Virus record (IMG/VR): IMGVR_UViG_3300027708_000016
Length of the DNA: 64,000 bases
Origin: a virus
Lineage: Duplodnaviria > Caudoviricetes
Reading direction: 5' to 3' (one strand)
Both the position numbers and the translations under genes were made by a program. Below, one piece after another: positions 7,954 through 18,000 of the stretch (position 1 is the stretch's first letter; each line of letters begins with the position of its first letter). The notes under the pieces were generated by a model that was not told the DNA's origin, searched no databases, and saw only the letters and a list, made by a program, of their open reading frames with translations.

Positions 7954-7997
7954 ATAAATATATTTACCTACATGAAAGGTAGTTTGCGATAAAAAAA

Positions 7998-8207
7998 CTA
8001 AACGCCTACCATTTTTCTTAAATTAAATGTAACAGAAGCGAACACATCACTTCTGTGACTAATCTCATGAGATTCTGTAATATAACCTCTTGCATTGAAA
8101 AGATCAATCTGTCTTTGAACTTCTTGATTAATTTGTCTTTCTCTTTGATTAAAGTTACGATCTTGGGTAAGGGGAATTTTTACAATTTCTTTAAATAATT
8201 TTGCCAT
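7998..8207 (-). CDS. Hypothetical protein
   Basis: 69-aa ORF; TAAGAT 7 nt upstream. Confidence 0.65.
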   Translation of the reverse strand: MAKLFKEIVKIPLTQDRNFNQRERQINQEVQRQIDLFNARGYITESHEISHRSDVFASVTFNLRKMVGV

Positions 8208-8249
8208 ATAATATATCTTATCAACCTTTTCTAATAATGCAAGCTTTAT

Positions 8250-9107
8250 TTACGGTAAGGGTGCAGATGGTGCGACAACTGTTTTGTTTAATGCATAAGG
8301 AATATATATCCAATCACCAAATCCTTTTCCACCCCATGTAGTTATTTTCATATCAGGTTTACCTGTACTAGGATTTAGAACCAACTTGTTTGATGCTGCT
8401 AGGTTATTTGCTTCTTGTACGGATTTTACACTCCAGCCTGGTTTTGAGCTTCGATCTGACATAATCTTAACAAATACATAACTTAAATCGGATCTAGGAT
8501 TTTCTACTAATTTTACCTTTTTACCTTTTGTTATTACATCATCTGGAACATCTTGATAATCAACAAGTTGTACAATATAATTTTCTTTTGATGCTGCTAT
8601 TTTTGTGATTACACCAGTTACATCTGGGTTGTTGACCATTTGAACAGGCGCACCGACAACAGGTGGATTATCTTTTCCAATTGCTTTGCCTTCTTTATCT
8701 TTTTTTTCTTTTTGAAATCCCTTGACGTTTGAAACCAAATTATCCATTGATCCTGCACCACCAGCTTCGATACCACTTGCAAAACCACTGGCAGCACCGA
8801 GAACTTGGGTCAAAACCGATTCATCAAGATCAACAATATTTTCTTCTTCTTGTTTGTTTTCTATCTTATTTAAGAGATTTCTAATCTCATCGACTGCTTT
8901 TTGTAAAGGTGAATCACCCTCCATATCCTCATCATCCTTACTGCTTTGATTTCCTGCTTTCTCTGGAACATCCACATAAGCAGACCTAAGATCCTCTGTA
9001 CCCATGACTGCTGTGCTAATAGGAGAGCTTGATCCGTATTGTGGATAGTCTGCTCCCGTTAAGTCTTCATAAATTAATCTTAACTTATGTGAATCCAAAT
9101 CTTTCAT
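8250..9107 (-). CDS. Hypothetical protein, candidate internal head protein
   Basis: 285 aa; N-terminus MKDLDSHKLRLIYE; TAAGTA at 9115-9120. Confidence 0.75.
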   Translation of the reverse strand: MKDLDSHKLRLIYEDLTGADYPQYGSSSPISTAVMGTEDLRSAYVDVPEKAGNQSSKDDEDMEGDSPLQKAVDEIRNLLNKIENKQEEENIVDLDESVLTQVLGAASGFASGIEAGGAGSMDNLVSNVKGFQKEKKDKEGKAIGKDNPPVVGAPVQMVNNPDVTGVITKIAASKENYIVQLVDYQDVPDDVITKGKKVKLVENPRSDLSYVFVKIMSDRSSKPGWSVKSVQEANNLAASNKLVLNPSTGKPDMKITTWGGKGFGDWIYIPYALNKTVVAPSAPLP

Positions 9108-9132
9108 TATTTAATACTTACACATGGAAGTA

Positions 9133-9768
9133 TCAAATCTCAGGAAACATAAAATTATTAAGAAAATGTTTAGCATTCTCAACTCCTACATCAGCTGCCA
9201 AAGCCTTAAAAGTTTTTTCATTTTTCTTTTGTCCAATGCAATAGGCATTTTGTTTTTCTATATTTAATTTATATCTGTCCCTATAATCATTGGCATAGTT
9301 TAAGTATTCTCTGATAATTGTTATCGAATTAATAAAAAGAAGATCTAATTCTTCCTCATTGGGAGTTACGCATATAAAATTATCTCCAAAGAAATTTGCC
9401 CATTCTGGTAATTTTCTTTCTGGTGATGTTATGTAATTTTTAAATTTAAACAAACTCTTTTGTACTATTTGATTGGCATTAATAGGCGTAACATCAAAGA
9501 AGAAACCTGTAATTTTATTTCCTATCTCTATAAAGTCTACTCCTAAAATGGGAAAATCTATTGTAGCATTGGGAAATATATTGGCATGAAATACTTTAAT
9601 TTTTTTTGTTTCATAGTATTCTAAATGTATATGTCTAAAAATAGGACTCTTATATACATTATTATACCAATTACCATTTGGATTGTCTAATTCTGGACGA
9701 TCTGGATAACCAAATGCACTTGTAAACTCTTGTGTTACAAGATCAAAATATTTTCTTAGTTTGTCCAT
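9133..9768 (-). CDS. pcyA: Ferredoxin-dependent bilin reductase, PcyA-like
   Basis: FRHIHLEY (H74/E76), VFHANIFP (H88), PILGVDF (D105), LPEWANFF and QNAYCIGQKKNEKT match the PcyA motif order; coupled to a heme oxygenase. Confidence 0.8.
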   Translation of the reverse strand: MDKLRKYFDLVTQEFTSAFGYPDRPELDNPNGNWYNNVYKSPIFRHIHLEYYETKKIKVFHANIFPNATIDFPILGVDFIEIGNKITGFFFDVTPINANQIVQKSLFKFKNYITSPERKLPEWANFFGDNFICVTPNEEELDLLFINSITIIREYLNYANDYRDRYKLNIEKQNAYCIGQKKNEKTFKALAADVGVENAKHFLNNFMFPEI

Positions 9769-10325
9769 ATTTCCTCAAACAAATCAATATGAAACTGAAA
9801 GAATTCTTTGGTAAGCAAAACGACATCATCATCACTAACCATATCAAAATCCTTCGTAAGGATGTGTCTCACTTGATTAATAACTTTTGCTGGGTCATTT
9901 GCTTCATATGTTGCATTGTATGGAGCCTGTGACCTTGATAAAATCCTACCACCATAGAAGTCAGCAAGCCACCTTAAATATAAATCTGATCTCAGAGACC
10001 CAAGATGCTTTACCCACATGCTAGAAACATAGTTAATGGTGATATCTTTAAGAGATGATTTTCCATAACCAATATCCGTAATAAGCTTGTCAATATCTTT
10101 TTGAATATAAGTGCTTCTTTTAAGCTCTGGATTTTCAAGAATTTCTTTTGGTATAAGTCTTTGCTCAACAGTTTGATAGATAGGAAGTAAATTAATCAAA
10201 AGATCAAGTAGATGCGCCTTGTTAAAGGTTCCTGTTACAAATGACTGCATAAGTGGATGTTGCTCTGATTTAGCATGAAGTTCGGCAGTTTCTTCTTTAA
10301 GTCTTGTTTGTAGATTTGTACTCAT
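9756..10325 (-). CDS. ho1: Heme oxygenase (ferredoxin-dependent HO1/HemO type)
   Basis: LKEETAELHAKSE (proximal His), IYQTVE, ELKRS.YIQKDI, distal helix LYLRWLADFYGGRIL. Confidence 0.85.
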   Translation of the reverse strand: MSTNLQTRLKEETAELHAKSEQHPLMQSFVTGTFNKAHLLDLLINLLPIYQTVEQRLIPKEILENPELKRSTYIQKDIDKLITDIGYGKSSLKDITINYVSSMWVKHLGSLRSDLYLRWLADFYGGRILSRSQAPYNATYEANDPAKVINQVRHILTKDFDMVSDDDVVLLTKEFFQFHIDLFEEIWTN

Positions 10326-10333
10326 ATTCTTTT

Positions 10334-10361
10334 ATTGTATATTAAAAAATTGCTATGTCAA
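10334..10361 (-). promoter_or_regulatory. Sigma70-like promoter TTGACA-16-TACAAT driving ho1-pcyA
   Basis: ATG 8 nt after the -10 box; back-to-back with the late motif TAAGTA at 10363-10368 on the + strand. Confidence 0.65.
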
Positions 10362-10377
10362 GTAAGTATTTGATAAA

Positions 10378-10530
10378 ATGGCTGATGACATAATAATTCT
10401 TACCTCTTATACAATAAAAGGAGTCGAAATTCAAGGAAATTTTCCAATCTACGTTAATGGCGTGTCACAATGCTGTATAGATGAAGATGGTAATCAGATT
10501 GTAACACCTGTTGAAATAATACAACAATAA
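10378..10530 (+). CDS. 50-aa hypothetical protein (MADDIIILTSYTIKGVEIQGNFPIYV...)
   Basis: Translated by hand; TAAGTA 9 nt upstream; stop 1 nt before the next ATG. Confidence 0.6.
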   Translation: MADDIIILTSYTIKGVEIQGNFPIYVNGVSQCCIDEDGNQIVTPVEIIQQ

Positions 10531-10531
10531 C

Positions 10532-13500
10532 ATGGATACCCTACTAAACACCACATCACCCTTATCATATCAAGATTGGTCAAATCAACAGGGTGCATAT
10601 GCCGATTTATCTCAACAGAACTATTTAAATTATCTTAACTCTTGGTATTCTTTTAACAATAAACTAAAGTCAGCAGCAATTCCCTCAACCCGTGAACAGT
10701 ATATACAATTGGTAAAGGATTTGATTTTTCTTTTTAATTCTGATGAAAGAGATCAGTTTCTTTCGCAAATAGATTATGATAACAATGAGGATTTAATTTA
10801 TGTAATTCCTTACTTGGCACACAAGTTAAAAGAGATAACACAGGTAATAAGCCAGAAAAGAGAAGAGATAAAGAAAGCAAAAACCAAGCACACTTTGATT
10901 GGTTCAAACATAGGATTGGAAAGTATACTCTATCAATATGTTTTAAGTAATTTTACAAACAAACAATATTCATATACAAGAATTCCAGTTTCTCCATTAG
11001 CAAATTACTATCCTCAGTTGTCTTCGGTTAACAGTGATTTCTTTGTTGAGATAGAAGAATTATACGATAGTAATAACTATTTTGATTCCGATCCATCAAT
11101 CCCAATATCAGAATACGTTGATTTAAATGCTGCTGCTACGTCACAAGAGTTCTCGAATTTAACAACTGATGAACTCAATGCTATTGCGGCATGTAGAATG
11201 CTTGGTAGAGTTGCACCAACACCATTGTCAAAGGTTTTTAATCAGTATCTAACAACAATTCCAATACTATCAACTACTTCCTTATCTGGGTTTTATACTT
11301 CACAAATAAATAATCTTGTTGCAGCTTCTCAAAAATATCTAGGTGAAAGCATTTATGCGTTAACCGCAATCAAAACAAATGATTTAAATGCTGCGGACTT
11401 TACATTGAATTTGAATTTCCAAACTGGTAACAATTGGTTTTATTGGCCCAGTGGAGACAAAATAATCAACGATCAACAGATTGGTAATATCTTTACTCCT
11501 ATTAGTATTAACAATTCCAATCTTTTAATAAATAGAGCAACCTCTGGTACAACCTATAAAGATTCAGATTTAATCTTTACTGAGAAAAATGGTATCATTC
11601 AGGGTGCGTGGTTACAAGGAACAAGAATTGAATACCAAACCGATAACCTTCAAGCAAAATTTAATAGCAAAGAAAATACATCATTCATATTCCCGTATGT
11701 TTGGTTTACTATAGATTCCAAAACATTAAACTTTAATGGTTATTCATTAAATGATTCGGATAAACATTTATATGAGACCTTGGAGCCACAAGTTAGAAAG
11801 CATCTCTTAACCCAATATTATACATCAACACCACCAAACTCAGCATCATTTGATTTGTATTTAAATCAAACTTCGCTTGTTGAAGGTGGAGCACATGCTG
11901 CAAAGTTTTCAGATGAAGCAGACACAATTGTAAAAAGAACCAACAACAGTTCAATTAATTCAATGTATACGGATTATGTATTGTTGCCACAGGAAGAGGC
12001 ATTCCTTTATAAATTCGATACCACTGATTTAGTAATCAATAACGGAAGCAATAACATTATTTGGCCCTACACGGTTCTACCAAGCTTTTCAAGCTTACCG
12101 ATAACCATTAAGCAAGATACCTGTTTACCTGTAAGGTTGTCAGAAATTGAACCAGAGGTTTCAATGATAGGTGCTGTTGCTGGTAATACATTTAACCTAG
12201 CAGATAAAATTTACAAATACTCAGACAAGACACAAAGTGTTGTGTTGGAAGCAGCATGGTTGGCATCAACCACAACAGACAGTTTAGATTTCATGGCGAA
12301 TTCTATTCCTGTTTACTCGTCTCCTGCTGTGAATTGTTCGGAGTACTTGGTAGGTCCGCTTCAAACATCACTGTCATTCAATCTTGATGCGGGTTCATAC
12401 GTTTCATTCATATGGATGGATGCTGACACACCAGCAGACAAAGTATTTAAGTATCATGAACATGCAAGTAATTGCCCATACTTTAAATCTTTTCCACATA
12501 ACTATTATACGGATCAGGATTATCAAAATCCAAATCCTTTAAATACAAATTTAAAGTTTCCATTGGAACAATATCCATGTACATGTAGATCAATTTATTA
12601 TTCACCACTTGGTAACCAAGCATCAACAATTGATGGTTACAATGGTGTAGCTGATTATCTCTTTGCAGATCCATTTGGTTTAGGTTCCAACTTCACACTT
12701 GGAAACTGGTATGATACAAGAAATCTTGATGTTTATAATAGTCCACAATTTTCATTTTTCCGTTTAGATGGATCACATGATAAAGATATTGGTTATGGAA
12801 CTGGATCATGGCAAACAGGTAATGGTAGTCAAATGATTTTAAAGACAGGAAGACGATATACCTATTTTAGAAATCCATTAAAGAATACTATCAATGCAAA
12901 TTCAACTGTTCCTTATCTATTATTAAACTATCCTTATAAAAACATAACACTAACAAATTCATTAAGCTCTCCTAATGTTGTTGATCTTGTTGTATTAATT
13001 GATAGTAGTAGAAGTGAAACAATTGATCTTAATAAGGTTAAACAGGTTGTGCTGAATCTTTGTTCAGCAACTTTAAGTCAAGACATTAATACAAAAATAT
13101 CCATAGTATCATTTGCTAAAGAAGCAAACGTTTTAACTTATTTAACAAGTGATATAAGTAGTATTACAAATGCAATAAATAGTATTTCAGTACCTCTAAA
13201 CTATCCTGATTTTACAACAAATATTTATCAAGCATTATTGTTGGCGCAAAACATCTTAACAACAACATATCCAGAGGGTAACAATTGTGATATTAACAAT
13301 TCAATTGCACTATGTAGTAATCTTGAATTCAATCTTTTAAATGCTGCTCAGATAGCAACACAAACAAACTGTCCAAGATCAATTTCAAATAAGAGTATAT
13401 TAATTTTCAGTGATGGTTTGGAAAACGATGATGCTGGTATAGCTGTTCCCTATGCAGAGTTATTAAAAAACCTAGGTTTCAAGATAATATCAATGGATGT

Positions 13501-15016
13501 TGGTGTTCATGCAGAAGAAAATAATAATATGGAACTATTAGCTTCCAATGGTCAGTACTTTAATCTGCAAAGATATTTAAGTAACAGTGATGGAAATTTA
13601 AATAATTTTGTTCAATATACTGCATCAAAATTAGTAAACAATTTTCCTAATATTCCAAGATGGTGCAAAGCTGTTAAGATGAATGATGGTACTTGGATTG
13701 GTACTAATATACAATCTGATTTGGTATTATTGCCAAGTGATTATGTTTCATACTATCATCAAGGTCAGGTTACATATACTGGTGCACAGAATGGAACATT
13801 CTCAATTCCTTCGTTATCCTTCCCTGTAAACATAAAACTAAATGGTTGGGATTATAATACAAATACTTTTAGTTTAACATCGATTGGTAGTAACTGTGGT
13901 GCAAAACCATTCTGGGGTAAGGTTTATACAGATGAAGACATGCCGAATAATTTCTTTAAAGGTAATATGAGCTTCGGTGGACAGGTAAGAATAGTCTCTG
14001 ATTATGTACCAGTGTTCCAACCTGAAATTTCTCAAATGGTATTAAAGAATTCTTCTTACATGGAATACATAAGTAGAGGTGATTCTGATGTGTTCTGGCA
14101 TCAACCGCTATTGTTTGAAGTAACGTTAAACAATACGCAATGGAATAAGATAACAATCAATAAAGAATTTTCCAATCTGGCATTTGCAATGAACGATGCA
14201 AACATAATGGATTTAGTTGTTGATAGTTCTTATGAACCAAGTGATATTGTTTTGGAAAGCTATAACAGTTTTAAACCTGCATTATATAACTATTATGCAA
14301 GATCTCCATTTACCTACATGGAAAACTTATATTATTTAAACTCATGTGCAACGACATTAGTTTCTTTAATGACGGGAAAGGTTCTGGATGCAGTCAATCC
14401 ATCATCTAATCTTACCAATGTTCATAACCCAACAATAGCAAATGTAGCCTTTGCCTCCGAGATGGTTTCGCAAAAACAAACTGGTGGGTTTATAACACCA
14501 GATAAATTTGGCGTGTCTTATTACAGAGGAAAGGGGTATGAGATTAATATCACTGCTGATAGCCTGTCGTATTCAGATTCATTAAGTGCAGAAAGATTGT
14601 TTTTGGATTCTGCAAAGTACGGACCTAGAAATCGTGGTCTTACTAAAAAGGATCAAATTAGTCCAGTTGAAATACAAAACATAAATAATACATGGTTAAT
14701 GAATTCATATGGTTCTGGTAACTTGGCGGGTGTTATTTCAGATTCAGTTGATAATCAAAAATTAGTTCCATATCAAACAAACTATGAGATTTACAATGAA
14801 AATAATCTTGGTGTTTCTTTACAATCTGATGACTTTCAATTCTGGAATCCAGACAATTTAACATGGACTGATGAGGTCAACTATCCATTAACTCTTAGAA
14901 AGGAAGTGTTGATTAATTCTTATAACCAAAGAGTAAGTGCATTATTAACTGATTCTGGTGACATGAATGCATGGAGAACTGATGTATTTGGTAATAATTA
15001 CGGCTTATTCAAGTAA
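10532..15016 (+). CDS. Giant putative virion protein with an internal von Willebrand A domain
   Basis: 1494 aa; MIDAS elements VVLIDSSRS, TNIYQAL and LIFSDG at about 12975-13640. Confidence 0.8.
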   Translation: MDTLLNTTSPLSYQDWSNQQGAYADLSQQNYLNYLNSWYSFNNKLKSAAIPSTREQYIQLVKDLIFLFNSDERDQFLSQIDYDNNEDLIYVIPYLAHKLKEITQVISQKREEIKKAKTKHTLIGSNIGLESILYQYVLSNFTNKQYSYTRIPVSPLANYYPQLSSVNSDFFVEIEELYDSNNYFDSDPSIPISEYVDLNAAATSQEFSNLTTDELNAIAACRMLGRVAPTPLSKVFNQYLTTIPILSTTSLSGFYTSQINNLVAASQKYLGESIYALTAIKTNDLNAADFTLNLNFQTGNNWFYWPSGDKIINDQQIGNIFTPISINNSNLLINRATSGTTYKDSDLIFTEKNGIIQGAWLQGTRIEYQTDNLQAKFNSKENTSFIFPYVWFTIDSKTLNFNGYSLNDSDKHLYETLEPQVRKHLLTQYYTSTPPNSASFDLYLNQTSLVEGGAHAAKFSDEADTIVKRTNNSSINSMYTDYVLLPQEEAFLYKFDTTDLVINNGSNNIIWPYTVLPSFSSLPITIKQDTCLPVRLSEIEPEVSMIGAVAGNTFNLADKIYKYSDKTQSVVLEAAWLASTTTDSLDFMANSIPVYSSPAVNCSEYLVGPLQTSLSFNLDAGSYVSFIWMDADTPADKVFKYHEHASNCPYFKSFPHNYYTDQDYQNPNPLNTNLKFPLEQYPCTCRSIYYSPLGNQASTIDGYNGVADYLFADPFGLGSNFTLGNWYDTRNLDVYNSPQFSFFRLDGSHDKDIGYGTGSWQTGNGSQMILKTGRRYTYFRNPLKNTINANSTVPYLLLNYPYKNITLTNSLSSPNVVDLVVLIDSSRSETIDLNKVKQVVLNLCSATLSQDINTKISIVSFAKEANVLTYLTSDISSITNAINSISVPLNYPDFTTNIYQALLLAQNILTTTYPEGNNCDINNSIALCSNLEFNLLNAAQIATQTNCPRSISNKSILIFSDGLENDDAGIAVPYAELLKNLGFKIISMDVGVHAEENNNMELLASNGQYFNLQRYLSNSDGNLNNFVQYTASKLVNNFPNIPRWCKAVKMNDGTWIGTNIQSDLVLLPSDYVSYYHQGQVTYTGAQNGTFSIPSLSFPVNIKLNGWDYNTNTFSLTSIGSNCGAKPFWGKVYTDEDMPNNFFKGNMSFGGQVRIVSDYVPVFQPEISQMVLKNSSYMEYISRGDSDVFWHQPLLFEVTLNNTQWNKITINKEFSNLAFAMNDANIMDLVVDSSYEPSDIVLESYNSFKPALYNYYARSPFTYMENLYYLNSCATTLVSLMTGKVLDAVNPSSNLTNVHNPTIANVAFASEMVSQKQTGGFITPDKFGVSYYRGKGYEINITADSLSYSDSLSAERLFLDSAKYGPRNRGLTKKDQISPVEIQNINNTWLMNSYGSGNLAGVISDSVDNQKLVPYQTNYEIYNENNLGVSLQSDDFQFWNPDNLTWTDEVNYPLTLRKEVLINSYNQRVSALLTDSGDMNAWRTDVFGNNYGLFK

Positions 15017-15021
15017 TAATT

Positions 15022-15029
15022 TATAAATA
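15022..15029 (+). promoter_or_regulatory. T4-type late promoter TATAAATA
   Basis: Exact T4 gp55 consensus 6 nt before the ATG at 15036. Confidence 0.65.
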
Positions 15030-15035
15030 TATAAG

Positions 15036-18000
15036 ATGGATGAAGATTTAAACAAATTTGAAATAAAACCATGTCTTGGTTGGAATTATCCAGACGAAGA
15101 TGGTAATTTGTCTGGTGAAGTAGGGTTTGCTAAAAACAATGATGCATTACCGCTTTTAAACAATTTACCAGTTGGTAATGGCTTTTTGATGCCAAAAAAT
15201 CTTTCTGATTATTATGGATTTAGTACTATATCAAATCAATCCAGTGGAATCTTAAACAATGATGGTGGTGGACAAACCATTGCCATCATTGATGCTTATG
15301 GCAATCCTAATGTACAAAGTGACTTAGATGCATTCTGTGCATACGTGGGAATACCGTCAACGCAAGTACAAGTGTATTATCCTTATGGCGCACCAACATC
15401 TTACGATGATCAATGGGCATTGGAAACTAATCTGGATGTACAATATGCTCATGCAATGGCATTATCAGCAAAAATTGCATTGATTGTATCACCAAATAAT
15501 ACAAATTTCAATACAACTTATGGTTGTATGAACTATGCTATTAATACTTTAAGCGCAAATGTTTTATCGATGAGTTTTATATTCAGGGGTTATGATGCAG
15601 TTGCTGGTTCTTATCCAGATACAGTTTTTGAAAACCTTAGTGCGCATTATGTTGCTGGTGCTGGGGATTGGTGGTCAGAATCTAGTTGGCCCGCATCATC
15701 TCCTTATGTTTTAGGTGTTGGTGGAAGTTATTTATACGGTGGTGATTCAAACAATTATTCAGCATATATTGGTTCTTACAATGAACAAAATGCATGGGGT
15801 AATACTGGTGGTGGAATGAGTGTTGTTAACACAAGACCATATTACCAAAATGTTGCATCAAGTTATACTGGTAGAGGTGTGCCAGATGTGGGATATAATG
15901 CTGGAAGTGGTGTTGGTGTTTATATCACATATCCCGTTGCTGGTAGTTCTGGTTGGGCATCGGTTATGGGAACCAGTGCTGGTACTCCACAATGGGCAGC
16001 ACTATTAGCAAGAATGAACAGTGCTGGTGTTGGATATCAGAAGAAACAATTAATACATAAAACTCTTTATACTCTTGCTTCATCAAATTATTCCCATTAT
16101 TTCAATGATGTGATTTATGGCAGTAATTCAAATCCCTTTTTAGGTATTACTGGATACTCAGCTGGGATTGGTTATGATCTGCTCAATGGGTTGGGTTCAC
16201 CAAAGGTTGCGAGTTTTTTACCAGTTTTAACATCTCATTCAATAACTCCTTCCCCCACACCAAGTCAAAAAAATACAGATATAATGTATAACATTAATTC
16301 CTATAGCATTTCTGATCTATATTGGAATCCAGTTTCATTTAATCCTATTGGTGAGAAGTATAATTTAAATAAGAACTATTATGTATTTGATAACGGAATG
16401 TCATTTAATGTATATGATGCATTGAGTGGTTTAAATGATTTATCATTCAATAATAAAAATGGAATATTTTTAACAGGATTGCAACAGAACACTGATATAG
16501 TTTCTGATAAATCACAACCTGAAATTGTTAATACATTAAGTGTAATTGAAACTCCAATAGTATCAAACGATGGATACGTTCTTAATATTAATTCTTCTTT
16601 TGCCTTATCAAAAACAAATAGAACTACCTTTGACATTGATGATAAATTTGATTTTACTTTTGAAAATTCAAAGGTTTCGGTTAAACATACTCCAAGTAAT
16701 AGTCTAAGCGCAAACAGTTTCTTTTTAACCTATGTAAACAATCAATTAAAATTTGCACCAGCAGTAACACCGCTTGGTAATTCTCAATTGTTTGAATACA
16801 CTCTTGGTGAAAGATATATAGCATTGTTTTTAAATGGTACAAATTACACATATCCTTTAAAAGTTGATACTGATTTAGTTCCAACTTATTTTGATCCCAC
16901 TCAACAATCTTTACCTTCAACGTGCTTGTTGTATCTTCCTTCCTTTAACAATAAAGAAAGAGATTACTCAAGTGTTTCTGATAGTTTCTTGGTATCATAC
17001 GATGCAAGTCCTTTAATAAGACAATCTGAATTATCTGTATCTAAAAAGGATAGTAATTATTCTCAAAATTATTTAGGCATTTTCCCAAATGAAAATTATA
17101 CATTGGATGCTAACGGAAATGCGGTTTTTGATTTATACTTCCATGCATTAAAAAACTATCAGACAACCGAATACCATTACAATAGTAATGGGGTAAACAG
17201 AACCTATGATAAAATCTATTCTGGTACAAACCAAAGTAAAGGTTTGGATAAAATTTATCTCGGTTATCAAACAAACACAGTTAAGTTAGAATTTAAACCT
17301 AGTGTTTTAAATAAATTTTTCTATAGTCCAACAAGTGAAACAGTAAATTTAAATGATGCTGGGTTTATTACTGATGGAGCAACAGCAGGAAGTTTACCCA
17401 TTATATCAGATCGTTTTTATACTGGTGCAAATGGAATACTTGGACAAACAACAAATGTAAACATTGATTCATCCAATCAGTCTGGGAATTCTTTCCTGTG
17501 CTCATGGTTATCAAATGTTGGAGGATCATTAAAATGGATGGATCGATATTATAATTCTGCTTTCTATTCAAATGATCAAGCACTTTCCGCTACGTCACTA
17601 GTTTATAATGATAAACTTGATCCGAATAAACCTTATGTATATGACACACCAACTAATGCTCGTTTAGATGCAGGTGTTCTATATCACTATTACCATGTTG
17701 GTAAAGAAGATAGTATAAATTTCTTACCTTATCTTAATTATAATTCTTTAACAAAAAAGTATTCAAATATTTTAACCATAACAAACTGGACATCATCTAA
17801 ATTAGATGATATGTCAACATATAATAATAATGGTTTAGTTTATAATAATAATCCACTTAATTACAATGGAAACTATTTAAACTTTGATGGAACCAATTAT
17901 GGTATATTTCCAGCAACCGATAGTCTTTTAGAGAATAAAAAGATCTCCGTTGGTATATGGTTAAACGTAAACGACTGGTCAAATATAAAAGGGTATCAAA

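Noticed and set aside
9133-10325. Ordinary cyanophage ho1/pebS photosynthesis auxiliary genes
   Set aside because: The FDBR has PcyA-type residues, no photosynthesis genes are present in the window, and gp23 looks divergent from the cyanomyophage motifs I recall; this rejection is tentative until a phylogeny is run
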